From NCBI RefSeq assembly GCF_006345805.1, contig NC_043001.1:135036001-135100000 (forward strand): a stretch of DNA of 64,000 nt, written 5' to 3'. The notes below the pieces were generated by a model that was not told the DNA's origin, did no database searches, and saw only the letters and a program-made list of their open reading frames with translations. The stretch comes from Octopus sinensis (Eukaryota). The translations under genes were made by a program, and so were the position numbers. This document shows, in pieces, positions 13,132 through 25,719 of this stretch. Numbering within the stretch: the first letter of the stretch is position 1; every line of letters begins with the position of its first letter.

Positions 13132-13634
13132 AAGATAATATCTCTTAATCAAAAGTGGTACTAAATTTGTGTATGTATGTATGTATGTATGTATGTAGGT
13201 TTGTTTGTTTGTTGTGTGTGTGTGTGTGCTCGTACGCGCGAACTTTAGGTTACTTAGAATATGTTTTTGACATATTTGAACTAAAAGCAACTTCACTGCA
13301 CTTATCATGGAGAAAAACAATTCTCTTACGGTTTTAAATCTGTCCAGAGTTGCCTCTCTTCGGTATTTCTTATTGATAACGCCGAAAAAAAGCAAGAAGC
13401 GTTGCGTCTGGAAATCCGACAGGGGATAAAAATGGGCAGATATGGAGATTTCCCACCTTTTACCATATGGTGTCAAAATTCTTTTATGGAGAGAATTTTT
13501 TCTCCACCGTACCTGCAGTGAATTTGCTGTTAGAGGTTCAAGTATATCACAAACATATTTCAACTAACCTAGAGTTCACTTATACCTAAACAATGCTTAG
13601 CGTTGACATTGCTGAATACATACATACATACAAA

Positions 13635-13672
<38 letters not shown>

Positions 13673-13894
13673 CGTTTCTGCCAGCTCGCCGCCTTAAAAT
13701 AAGTACCAGTTGAGCACTGGGGTCGATATAATCGACTACCCCTGTTCCTCAAAATTACTGGCCTCGTGCCTATTATTGAGAGGATTATTACTGTATGTAA
13801 AAAGCGTTACAAACTATGAAGACACTTCCACTTATCTCGGTATCGCTCATAATTTTAAAGCAGCAGCTGAAAATAGATATTTGCAAAATAAGGA

Positions 13895-14276
13895 GGAAGC
13901 ACTCTGTCGGTTACGACGACGAGGGTTCCGGTTGATCCGAACAACGGAACAGCCTGCTCGTAAAATTAACGTGTAAGTGGCTGAGCACTCCACAGACACG
14001 TGTACCCTTACCGTAGTTCTCGGGGATATTCAGCGTGACAAAGAGAGTGACAAGGCCGGCCCTTTGAAATACAGGTACAACAGAAACAGGAAGTAAGAGT
14101 GAGAGAAAGTTGTGGTGAAAGAGTACAGCAGGGATCACCACCATCCCCTGACGGAGCCTCGTGGAGCTTTATGTGTTTTCGCTCAATAAACACTCACAAC
14201 GCCCAGTCTGGGAATCGAAACCGCGATCCTACGACCGCGAGTCTGCTGTCCTAACCACTGGGCCATTGCGCCTCCA
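13895..14276 (-). mobile_element. SINE-A, tail type 1
   Basis: Full length; TSD-like tttgcaaaa(a)taa on both sides. Confidence 0.94.
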
Positions 14277-14747
14277 CTTTGCAAAAATAAATACGGGGAA
14301 ATAAGTGCGATGTTCATCAGAAGTAGTAAAACTTGGGATATTTCTCTAACTGAGAGATCTGTTAGCCATTATAGGTGTCAAAAATATACCGAGTGATCCT
14401 CTGTCTCTTCTTGCAATTTGAGCGGCATTTTATTCTGGAATTCATAAAAGAGTGGTAAAAAGAACCCCCAAACAGAGCACAGCATGATAGTCATCAAACG
14501 CCTATTGTTCACGGTCTATTCTGACACGACTTAGGATTACCGAGACGTACACTAATTTGTAATGATGACAGAGTAATGAAGTTCATGTGGAGAATGGTGT
14601 TGATGTTGGCGTTAAAATACATTAATTGATCTGTAACGTCGCGCATCAGTGACATAGAAAATTTATATTATGAGATTGCTGAGTATTAGCTCTCGTTTCA
14701 TGATGGTCCCGGAGGTTCAGGTAAAAACATACCTGTACAACATATAG

Positions 14748-15131
14748 TGGAAGCACTCCGTCGGTTACGACGATGAGGGTTCCGGTTGATCCGAATCAAC
14801 GGAACAGCCTGCTCGTGAAATTAACGTGTAAGTGGCTGAGCACTCCACAGACACGTGCACCCTTAACGTAGTTCTCGGGGATATTCAGCGTGACACAGAG
14901 AGTGACAAGGCCGACCCCTTGAAATATAGGTACAACAGAAACAGGAAGTAAGAGTGAGAGAAAGTTGTGGTGAAAGAGTACAGCAGGGATCACCACCATC
15001 CCCTGCCGGAGCCTCGTGGAGTTTTTAGGTGTTTTCGCTCAATAAACACTCACATCGCCCGGTCTGGGAATCGAAACCGCGATCGTATGACCGCGAGTCC
15101 GCTGCCCTAACCACTGGGCCATTGCGCCTCC
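14748..15131 (-). mobile_element. SINE-A, tail type 1
   Basis: Full length; TSD acaacatatagt. Confidence 0.95.
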
Positions 15132-16535
15132 ACAACATATAGTATATTAGTTGGTACGCGGCAAGAATGTTTTCCCTTGCATTTGGTATTACTGTTGATT
15201 CGCTAAAAGGCAACGTGATAAGTTGCGTAAGGTTTCGTTTTCCTGTACCCATCCTAGAATATTTTCAAAGAATTTAAAAAATGCTACTCTGATGTTACTG
15301 TCTGAAGCGGCAGTGTTGTTTGTGGACGCTCCACATATGATGAACACTCCATCGAAAACAATAATGGGGGAAAATAATCCATTAGGAATAAACTTTCTTA
15401 TTGTGGACTGAAACTTTTATCGAACAGTGTGCATGATACCAAGAACTTCCAACACAGACATAATAGATAATTACATCAAACAATTACCATTTGAGAATAT
15501 TGAAGATTATCAGACTCTTCACCAACATGATATCTCACCGTAATGCAGCTTTCAGTGATTGCCATGGGTATCAACTTAACTGTGTTTGCTCGCCGTGAGT
15601 TATTCCGAAGATGGGAGACCGACTGGTTGATGATTTGTCCTTGATTTGCTTGGTGAGAGCCGAGTTATGTTCTTTTCGAATTCCATCAGAACTCTGATTG
15701 ATTTTTAGCGCTAAACTGCTTAACCGGAGAAAAGAACACAGATCTCAAGGAAGTTTGAGATGGTGTTCTATCTGGTGGCATGATCTCCGGCATACTGACA
15801 AGCTAATAAATAGTGTGTTCAGGTGAAAATCGCATGACCCAAATGTAGCTCACTCACAATAGTGAACTGATAATTAAGCGAAAGGGTTTCAAATCCCTAC
15901 AGATGTATGGAAACAAAGTAAGGATGACGATTTAGTATAAGCACTGAAACACCATTAAAAAATGACTGAATCTAATGGTTTTTGCTTTATGATAGTGAAA
16001 TAAAACATTTTTTTTCTCATAGGTATAATATCGTTATATAACTTGTGTTTGTCAAATGTGAAAGTAATGTTATTACGAGACTTAAAATAATATTTGTTTA
16101 ATTAATTCATTATTCAGGATATTTAAATGAAGTAAGATTTTCCTGTGGCTTTTTTTTTCTAGCAAAAACTGTGACTCTTTCTGCGACATTTTTTTTTTAC
16201 ATTCCGTGACTTAATTTAACTTCTCAGTTGTAGATTCTAACCAAAATCCATTTACGGGTTTAATTTCATATTTACCAAGATCCATAAATAGGTTTACCAT
16301 ACACTTCAGATTAACTGAGACGATCTCAGTTTTCATCCTTTGTCTTGACATACCAGGCTGCTCGACTTATCTCGGGAGAGTTCGAAACAACGACGAAATT
16401 TTAAAACTTCATGAGAATTTGAGAGATTATATTTCATCATTTCGGGACTTAAGTACTTAATCATACATCATAAATCGGTGACTAGAGTATATGTTACTAT
16501 GTTATGGCCATAAGGCACCAGCAGTAAGGTAGCTG

Positions 16536-16621
<86 letters not shown>

Positions 16622-16914
16622 AAATATAGATAGTAAGAACAAGGAAAAGAAACAGAGCTGATACTAAGACAAAGAAAGTAAGACAGGGGTAAGTCAAGAC
16701 AAGTTACAATAGTAATGCAGTTAAAAAATAAAGGGTCCGAGTTTCCTTTGAAATAAACGGCACAAAATCAACAGAACAAAACAAAACTGTAGAGAACTAA
16801 CTAACATCTTAATTTTAGGATGTCAACGATAATGGTTATTTTTAATACGCGCCTGGAAAATATTTTCTCTGCTACCTTCACATAATGAAAATTACGATAT
16901 TCTTTGAGGAATGT

Positions 16915-17296
16915 GGAGGCGCAATGGCCCAGTGGTTAGGGCAGCGGACTCGCGGTCATAGGATCGCGGTTTCGATTCCCAGACCGGGCGTTGTGAGTGT
17001 TTATTGAGCGAAAACACCTAAAGTTCCACGAGGCTCCGGCAGGGGGTGGTGGTGATCCCTGATGTACTCTTTCACCACAACTTTCTCTCACTCTTACTTC
17101 CTGTTTCTGTTGTACCTGTATTTCAAAGGGCCGACCTTGTCACTCTTTGTGTCACGCTGAATATCCCCGAGAACTACGTCAAGGGTGCACGTGTCTGTGG
17201 AGTGCTCAGCCACTTACATGTTAATTTCACGAGCAGGCTGTTCCGTTGATTCGGATCAACCGGAACCCTCATCGTCGTAACCGACGGAGTGCTTCC
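16915..17296 (+). mobile_element. SINE-A, tail type 1
   Basis: Full length; no TSD; 3' flank matches that of the 13895-14276 copy. Confidence 0.94.
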
Positions 17297-17484
17297 TCCT
17301 TATTTTGCAAATATCTATTTTCAGCTGCTGCTTTAAAATTGTTATGAGCGATACCGAGATAAGTGGAAGTGTCTTCATAGTTTGTGATACTTTTTACATA
17401 CAGTAATTGTATTGGCATCCTTTCTGTCTCGCGAGACAATGGAGTTGCGCATGAAGTTGTCTAGTCGTAATAATCCTCTCAATA

Positions 17485-17690
17485 ATAGGCACGAGGCCAG
17501 TAATTTTGAGGAATAGGGGTAGTCGATTATATCGACCCCAGTGCTCAACTGGTACTTATTTTATCCACTCTGAAAGGATGAAAGGCGAATTCGACCTCAG
17601 CAGAATTTGATCTCATAATGTGAAGACGGACGAAATACTGCTAAGCATTTTGTCCGGCGTGCAAACGATTCTGTTTGCTTGCTGCCGTTT
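17485..17690 (-). mobile_element. SINE-B, short tail variant
   Basis: Minus strand cagaatcgtttgcacgccggacaaaatgcttagc...gcctttcatcctttc...aaattactggcctcgtgcct. Confidence 0.85.
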
Positions 17691-17699
17691 AACATACAG

Positions 17700-19099
17700 T
17701 AATAATACTTTGAATTGGAATCCTTCCTTTTTCATTCCGTCAGAGCGACGGAATAACAGGAGTGCCTTGCGACACTGTACGCCATGAACCCAACTTAAAT
17801 CTTCGATAGCACCAGGCTTCCCGTCCACCGAAACTAGTGAACTTGGGAAACATCCGTTTTGCCAGTGGAGACAACAACCGTTCACCATCCAGGAGGAGCC
17901 AAAGATGCCTCAACCTCAGCGCATGTTTGCGTATCATCAGCCAAAACATCGCTAGTCCCCCCATTAACGGTTTTTGGCAGCAGATAGAAGTCTCACAAGT
18001 GGTTTCGAGCCCTTCCACAAAAGCGAAAGAGCTGCCTTTCCAACTTGGTCAACCACGAAAGTTTGTAGCTCTGTCTGTATTAACATGTTGAATGTCTAGC
18101 CTTGCTAGTTTTGTTTTTCTGTGACAGAAGCTTGGAGGAGTGTGATCTGCTCCAAGTCTACTGTCACAGCCGCCACCAGCCAGGCTGCATTCACTTCTGG
18201 TGGAATTTTAGCTATTCTCACTTTGGAGGTTCTCCCCACCCCCATATACATTGGGAGGAGAATTACCTCGTCTGTTTTTAATGTTTCTATCGAATGGATT
18301 TGAACCTTTTCTTCACTCACCATTCGAACTTCCACTGTGCCAAATCTTTTGCCTCTCGTGATGTATTCTACAACCTTCCATATGTTCTTCAAAAATTTCT
18401 CTATTGTTTCTTCCTGCACTTTTTCTTTTTTCTTGTCCTAATATTAAACGTTTTATATATAATTATTTTCCTTTTTTCGACTTCTATTATTTCCTTTGGT
18501 GGAATTATTTCCACTTTCGTATCATCTTTTTAAGACGTATTTTTATACTTTAAAAGCTCACTTTTCTCAGTTGAGATTTTCCTTGTTTTTCCTCCGGTTG
18601 CCATGGCGAAACTTTTCTCTTCAGTCGAAACCACACTTGGCTCTCCACTTTTTACACTTGAGACATCAATATTCCTTTTTACACATTTTTTTCTTTTTAA
18701 GTAGTTTTGTCTTCATTTTTTCTTGGCGATACAACCGGAGATAAGACCAGTGAGACCGGTGAGATCGGCGAAAGACATGGGAATTCTTTTTCGTAATCCA
18801 TAACGAAAATTGGCAAACACACCAACTACACAAAATTTTGTTCACAGGCTTATCGCCGCACAAAAATAATTTTTTTTTCTTTGCACAGTTCGAATAATTA
18901 GTAACAAAATGCTTAAAACAAGCAAACAATAATTCAACAGTTCTAACAATGCAATAACTATAAATTCAACAATTCTTCAACAATCTTACCTTATTAAACA
19001 GAGCCGAATATATCAAAAACATAAAAAAACACATTCTTTTTATCTTAGTAAAGTAGGAGTGTGCAAAGCTTTATAATTTGCAAATGTGAATGAAAATAC
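17700..19099 (-). mobile_element. ORF1(gag)-like retroelement remnant, array unit 1 (3' end not found)
   Basis: ORF 18105-18419 (..RGKRFGTVEVR..LLPMYMG..KVRIAKIPPEVNAAWLVAAV) homologous to unit 2; 5' end gtattttcattcac. Confidence 0.7.
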
Positions 19100-19103
19100 T
19101 TTG

Positions 19104-20756
19104 TTTCTTTATTGCCCACAAGGGGCCAATGAAGAGGGGACAATACAAAGACATGTGGAAACATAGAACAAACGAAACAAAGTAAAAAAAATCAAAAACG
19201 TATGTTACAAGATGAATGATAAATGAAAATGAAAAAAATGTAATGAAGCTATTCGGCGGCCCCACCTAAACCTCGTTCCTTCTAAAATAGCTATCTTGTA
19301 CTCCCTCATGAGTTCCATGTATTCCTTACAATCGGGCTTCCCTTCTTTATCTATATTCACTTTGCAAATGGTGATTCCATGCTTATACCTTTCTATATCT
19401 GCTTTCCGCTCCTCCGAAATAAACATGTATAAATACTCCCTCTTCACATTAATCCTCGTCCATTTTAATAAACACTGTGTCCTTCCAATACCATGATTCT
19501 GTGACCAGTTCCCGGTTTGAGTCATCTATCATGCACGCAAAGCAACTCTTTCCTTTGGGCGGGGAGGGTGGAAAGTTTGGCGGCTTGTGTGTGAATGTTT
19601 CTTCTTTTTTTGTTTCTGTGTCGGAAGGGAGTAGGTAGGCTTGGTGTCTGTGGGGCGAGGGTGGGGCTGAGAAGGTATGGGTGGGATGGGTGTAGGTTGG
19701 GGTTTCAAGTTCGTATCAATTACCTTCTTTCCCCTTCCACTTTCTATCTTCCACGTTTCTTCCTTGGGTAATATTTCTTCCGCTTTTTCGGTCATCTCCA
19801 CTGGTTCTTCTGCTTTCTCTGTTTGTTCCTCCGTTGTTCTCTTGGGCGGGGAAGGACAGTCCAGTCTAATATCGAGGAATTCTATCCTCCACCTTAACTC
19901 TCATTTCCACTTCATCTAACATGACTATTTCTGTAATTTTTTCCACAGTTTCTATCGGTGCTTGTATCGTCATTTCTAGCGTTTTTCCCTTTCACATTTC
20001 ACAGTTTGTACCTGTGACCTAGAGCGCCTTTATATCGTCCTCGTCTCCTTTGAGGACTGCAGCTGCTATCCAGGCCACATCTATTTCCGGTGGTATTCCT
20101 TCAACACTGACCTTTGTTGCACGTCTACCCATGTAGGTGAGTAACAGCACCACTTCCTCGTCTTTTACGGTTTTTGCTGCGTGTCTTATTGCATTTTATT
20201 CCTTTCTAAATCTTACTTCTACCGTTCCAAATCTTGCTCCTCTTTTGACATATACGATGTCTTGCCACAAGGACTTCAGCATATTTTCCACTTGACTTGT
20301 GGTCACAATGTCAATTTTTCCTGCCTTTATTGAGAAAGTCTTGTAAATAATTGTTCTTGTTCTGATATCTTTTAATATTTCCATTGGAGGGGACAATTCT
20401 ACGTTGAAACCTTTTTGAACTTTTCCATTTTCTTTAAATCTATTTCTTCCTCTTGTCTTTTTGCCATATCTGCAAACCTTTTCTTTTCCTCAATTTTTCG
20501 TCCATCTCTCCTATAGCTCTTAACAGTTCGTCTTCAGAAGTCGACAACTCAGACCCACTAAGTCTGAATAACACATTTTCATCTTAACCATGGCTAACTT
20601 TTCTCATAAGAAGAGAGAAAGCATAAACAAACTGCCACAAGGCAGCACAATTCAATAAACAGAGTGTTTAAAAACACATAAAAATCAAACATAAAAATTA
20701 AACCCGTCTTAACAGCAGCAAAACGACTCACCAACCAAAAGTGAATGAAAACACCT
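19104..20756 (-). mobile_element. ORF1-only non-autonomous retroelement (~1.65 kb), array unit 2, both ends present
   Basis: 5' gtgttttcattcac; broken ORF ..KRGARFGTVEVRF..LLLTYMGRRATKVSVEGIPPEIDVAWIAAAV..IRLDCP; Pro/Lys-rich segment; 3' ttgtcccctcttcattggccccttgtgggcaataaagaaa; no RT or EN motifs seen. Confidence 0.72.
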
Positions 20757-20757
20757 G

Positions 20758-21485
20758 ATTCTTTATTACCCACGAGGGGCATAGATAGATAAGACAACAC
20801 AAGACACGTGGGGACATATAACAATTAAAATTACTATTATGAAAAAATATGGACGATAAATGATAATGATATATGAAAAATGTGCCACCTATCCCACCCC
20901 AGCAGTATCATTTACGTCCTTTTCGTATCCAGTCAAAGTTGATCCCATATTGTTCCTCTAATTTCTCATTTTCTATCTCGTCCGGTACGTCCTTTATATC
21001 ATACACCACCTCTCTATATATCTCACTCCCTCTTTAAACTTCTCTAATCATTTTCATTCTACATTCCGGCATCAATGCGTCTAAGACCATATTTTCTTTT
21101 TTATTTCCCTTCATGTTTATAACTTTCACATCCTTTCATTGCAACAACTTATTTTTCACTTCCATTTTTACACCCTTAAACACAGCACAAGCATAACGAG
21201 TGGGAGGGGCGTTTTGTGGTTTTTTTTTGTATGATTGCTGCTCTTTTTTTCTTTTTTGTGTCGGTGGGGAATGGGTGGCTTCGGTGTCTGCAGGGGGAGG
21301 GCGGTGCTGAGAAGGTATGGGTACTGGTTGGGGGGGTCACTTAAACTGTCCTTTTTCCTCTTCCTCTGTTTTCTTCCAGTAATTTGCTATCCATCTTCCT
21401 CATTTGTTCCTTCCATCCTTTCTGGTTCATTCTCTTTCTCTTGGGTTTGCTTATTTTTCAGAGGGCAGTCCGCTCTAATGCGGCC
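20758..21485 (-). mobile_element. Array unit 3, 5'-truncated
   Basis: GRIRADCP knuckle remnant at ~21460-21487; gctgagaaggtatgggt block shared with unit 2; 3' gcccctcgtgggtaataaagaat. Confidence 0.7.
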
Positions 21486-21674
21486 CTTATATATATATAT
21501 AAGTGAAGGCGTACAGTTGAGGGATTGAGAGAACAAACATTAGAGGTTGTTATCCGATTGAGAAAATATTTAATGAACGATTTTGTAAAATAATCATATT
21601 TTCCTCTAAATGAATGATAGTACATTTATTATGGTTTGTTGTAAAGTGGTAAGCTATAAATGTATAATGTAAAT

Positions 21675-21981
21675 ATCACCGTGATCACCGTGACCGACCA
21701 GGCTATCAGATGTTGCTACACATCGCTGGTCACACTTCGCACTGTTTTAGCCTTCAAATGACGCTACCCCGCTGGCTAAGCGAGCAGGCCAACAGAAGAA
21801 AGAGTGAGAGAAAGTTGTGGTGAAAGAGTACAGCAGGGATCGTCACCATCCCCTGCCGGAGCCTCGTGGAGGTTTAGGTGTTTTCGCTCAATAAACACTC
21901 ACAACGCCCGGTCTGGGAATCGAAACCGCGATCCTACGACCGCGAGTCCGCTGCCCTAACCACTAGGCCATTGCGCCTCCA
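21675..21981 (-). mobile_element. SINE-A head and body with tail type 2
   Basis: Matches SINE-A up to ctctcactct, then a different tail ending ggtcggtcacggtgatcacggtgat; TSD ataatgtaaatat. Confidence 0.93.
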
Positions 21982-22344
21982 CATAATGTAAATATAATAC
22001 TTATAATGTCTTCTTTATTGTAGTTTTATTTCATAACCAACCCTATTACCGATTACGTGACATAATTAGATTACGTTACCTAGGTAATTACTTATAGTGA
22101 ATACACATACTCACACATACACACATATAATCCAAATAATAAGAAGAAGATAACCAAAATTCTTTAATAGAATGTGTTTAAAAATTCTCTTTTAGTTAGA
22201 TTGTTTACTTTTCGCCAAATCCACTTTATGGTGTGATCGTTGTAATTGTCGTGAAACTTGGTTTTCCTACACCTGGAACCCAGCCCAGTATTCGAGTCGA
22301 GTGCTTCTCTGGAAATACCCTAACTTTAGACCTTACCAAGATCT

Positions 22345-22385
<41 letters not shown>

Positions 22386-22386
<1 letters not shown>

Positions 22387-22675
22387 TCACCGTGACCGAC
22401 CAGGCTATCAGATGTTGCTACACATCGCTGATCACAATGCATTGTTTTTAGCCTTCAAATGACGCCACCCCGCTGGCTAAGCGAGCAGGCCAACAGAAGA
22501 AAGAGTGAGAGAAAGTTGTGGCGAAAGAGTACAGCAGGGATCGCCACCACCCCCTACCGGAGCCTCGTGGAGCTTCAGGTGTTTTCGCTCAATAAACACT
22601 CACAACGTCCGGTCTGGGAATCGAAACCGCGATCCTCCGACCGCGAGTCCGCTACCACTGGGCCATTGCGCCTCC
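22386..22675 (-). mobile_element. SINE-A, tail type 2
   Basis: Matches 21675-21981; flanked by (TA)n and (CA)n. Confidence 0.92.
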
Positions 22676-22702
22676 ACACACACACACACACATATATATA
22701 TA

Positions 22703-22738
<36 letters not shown>

Positions 22739-22949
22739 AAGTTGAAAATGCACTGAGTCTTTTTATTTATTTATTTTCTTTAGAAGCAACTGTCTTGCTG
22801 CGGCATTGTCCCACGTCTTTCTGTCATCAGTGAAATCTGTGAAACCGGATAAGTTTTTAAAAATCTAAACGGCACCCAGTGCATTTTCAAATTCTATTTC
22901 TTATATTTCTACCCTTATAGACAAAAAGAACTTTGTCTTCTATATATAC

Positions 22950-23142
22950 CATATACGACAAACTCTTTTCAGTTTGTATACAATTGTATGCAGTGCTCTA
23001 TCTACCAAATCCATTCGCAAGGCTTTGGTCAACCTGGAGCTATGGTAGGAGACACTTTCGCAAGGTGCTGCACAGTGGACTTGAACTCAAGGCCGGATGG
23101 TTGGGAAGCAAGCTTCTTACTACATAACCACATCCATGCCTA
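22950..23142 (-). mobile_element. Old SINE-C 5' half
   Basis: ctaccaaatccattcgcaaggctttggtc...aagcaagcttcttactaca. Confidence 0.78.
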
Positions 23143-23355
23143 CCATTAAAAATAAATGCTCAAAAATCAATTAAAAACACACACACAAAAAAAACGGTGT
23201 AATTTTTAAGGATTTTGTTGTTGCTATTTTTACCAGAACGAACGACTGCAAGGGGCCACTTTAATTCCCTGTCCTTCCCTACTACCCCGCAGGCTCGTGT
23301 AAAACACATATAAAACTGACATATCCCTACCCAGTAAAGGAAGATGTCTATCAAC

Positions 23356-23780
23356 TGTTAAGTGTCGTGTGACAGATTGATATCAGCCAGCTTCTGTATT
23401 ACACCCAAGCGCCCACCCAACAGAGGCAGCTGACATCCAGCCAATCAGTCAACAATCAGCCCTTACCAATTACCAAGATCCCTCATTATTGCCTCTTCTC
23501 GATATCAAGGCCTTCACCGTCACATCCGTCAATAACCCTCAACTCCTGTTGTGAGTTGTGTTGTGTTGCGTTTTCTGTGTATGTGTGTGTGTATGTTTGT
23601 TTGTTGAGCAGCTACCACAAGAAATAAGTGAATGAAATGTGGAACTCCCTTTCAGTTTAGGATATATTTTTTCTTATTTTTCCTACCAATTATACCCACT
23701 GCACCCACACACTTCCAGTGCGGCTGGGAGGGCTTTCATTCAGAGTGTGCGTGTGGGCGCAGCCTTCACGAAAGTTAACA
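23356..23780 (+). mobile_element. Possible solo LTR
   Basis: TGTTAA...TTAACA inverted termini, internal CCAAT boxes, locally higher GC; no matching TSD. Confidence 0.3.
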
Positions 23781-24040
23781 CGAAATCGAATAAATAAACA
23801 AAAGAAAGAAACAAACAAAAGAAAAAGGAAAAGGTTGGCTAGAACGGAATAAGGAAGGACTATATAGGAGTGTGAACATGAAAAACGAGACGATTAGTTG
23901 GCAAAAATAAATGTTTACACACGCATACACGCGCACTAGCACACACACACACGCGCGCGCGCGCACTTACTCTACTACTGCCATCTATAAGCATACACTC
24001 ACCTATCCAGTTTCCACTGATTAACCGGTGTGTGTGTGTC

Positions 24041-24076
<36 letters not shown>

Positions 24077-24174
24077 CATGCAGGAAGTAAATAGACACCT
24101 CTAATTTTCAAAATCTTTTATTTAATACGCAAAGCGAACAATTGAAATGTAATCGATAGGTAAGACTACATACT

Positions 24175-25197
24175 TTAGTAGTTAGTTGACATTCCCTTTG
24201 CAGTTTTTAATTCAGAAGCTCTTTTTGGCATTGAACTGATGTGCTTTGTGATTGTCTCTTGTAGAATTTCTGCCCACTTTTCACGCAACAATCAAAACAA
24301 TTCATCTTTAGATTTAGGTTTCTGTCGAGTTTTTCGTATAGCTCTATCTAGTATGCTCCAAAGATTTTCAATTGGGTTCATGTCAGTAGATTGGCTCGGT
24401 CAAGGAAGCTTTTTGATCCCATTTTCAGTCAACCATTGTTGATCCCTTTTCGCTGAGTGGCATCGAGCCTCATCTTCCATGAATAAAAACTCATTTTTCG
24501 TTATGTTCTCGTGTAAATACATCGGAAGTAGTCCTTGCTTAAGTATTTCGATGTATTTTCAGAATTTATGGTTCCAACACATTCAATCAGCTCAGAACGA
24601 CCATTGCTGGTGATAGCCCCCCATACTATTGCAGAGATACCGCCATGTTTCACAGTTGATTGGAGTCGTTCCAAATCAAATTCTTGATTGGGAAGCCTCC
24701 AGACCCAATCACGCCCACTGTCTGAAAATAATGCAAATCTGGATCCATCTGAGAAAATCACTCTATCCCAAAATGAACTGGATTTTTCTGACATCTCCTT
24801 AGCCCATTTCTTTCATTTCATGATATTAATTGGTTGAAGGAGAGGTTTTCTTCTAGCTGCTTGTCCATAATACCCAAGCTTATGCAGGTATGTAACACAC
24901 GTTCTTGGACTAACTTACAGCTGTTTTGCAATGCCAGAAGCCTTCGAACTAGGTTCGTTTTCCACAATTCTCTTCAAATAGCGAAGCTTCCTTTCCGAAG
25001 GATCCAGGTCGGCCGGGACGAGAATCTGTTGATTCTTTACCTTGGCTTTTGAATTGCACTATAATTCTATTAACAGTGGCAAGAGGAATTTGAAGATTTT
25101 CGGCAATTTTTCAGTGGCTAAGACCAACCTCAGATTGCCCAACAATACGACCTCTTTGAAAATTTGACAGTTCTGCCGAATTTTTTGTGCGTGTCAT
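24175..25197 (-). pseudogene. Tc1 DD34E transposase pseudogene
   Basis: MTRTKNSAELSNFQRGRIVG.. HTH; [12 protein letters not shown]; [15 protein letters not shown]; FMEDEARCH; PSQSTDMNPIENLW; ends AKGMSTNY*; internal stop and frameshifts. Confidence 0.92.
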
Positions 25198-25270
25198 TGT
25201 TACTCTTCACAAATGTTTGACTTAATGGCACCTGGAATGAAAAAGAATAATTACATTGTAAATTTTACAC

Positions 25271-25560
25271 TGGTTGTATACTGTCAACTTAACGTGACAG
25301 TAGGGGATTACACCACCGCTGTTTAGCCCTAGGAAGCATCGACGCTTCCTGTCGGCTTCGACACACTGTGTCCTTATATATTTACGAAGAGGAGACAAAT
25401 ACCCCCAACAGCTAGGCCTGCATGGTATTTCTCCCCCCTTCGTAAATATATAAGGACACAGTAAGTGTGTCGAAGTCGACAGGAAGCGTCGATGCTTCCT
25501 AGGGCTAAACAGCGGTGGTGTAATCTCCTACTGTCACGTTAAGTTGACAGTATACAACCA
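25271..25560. mobile_element. 290-bp foldback element inside the Tc1 5' region
   Basis: ~130-bp arms tggttgtatactgtcaacttaacgtgacagtagg... / ...cctactgtcacgttaagttgacagtatacaacca with few mismatches. Confidence 0.9.
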
Positions 25561-25719
25561 TTATATCGCCCCACCACCGTACATATCTCTATGAGATATT
25601 TAGAAATTTAATATTCCCAAATTTTACACTGCTGAAAACATATTAAGACGCTTAGATAAGAAATTTTGAAAATTAAAGGTGTCTATTTACTTCCTGCATG
25701 TCTGTGTGTATATATATGC

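Larger units (their letters stand above)
24073..25704 (-). mobile_element. Tc1-family DNA transposon, TIR to TIR
   Basis: 42-bp TIRs cagacatgcaggaagtaaatagacacct(c/t)taattttcaaaat; left flank (TA)n; carries a 290-bp foldback insertion. Confidence 0.94.

Noticed and set aside
16915-16990. tRNA-like cloverleaf heads
   Set aside because: Always continuous with a SINE body and without a proper acceptor stem, so not tRNA genes
17046-17249. Recurrent 67-aa ORF MVVIPAVLFHH.. and the MLGGQTQTH.. and MRNWYLIYRP.. ORFs
   Set aside because: They recur only because they lie within near-identical SINE copies; no evidence of coding constraint
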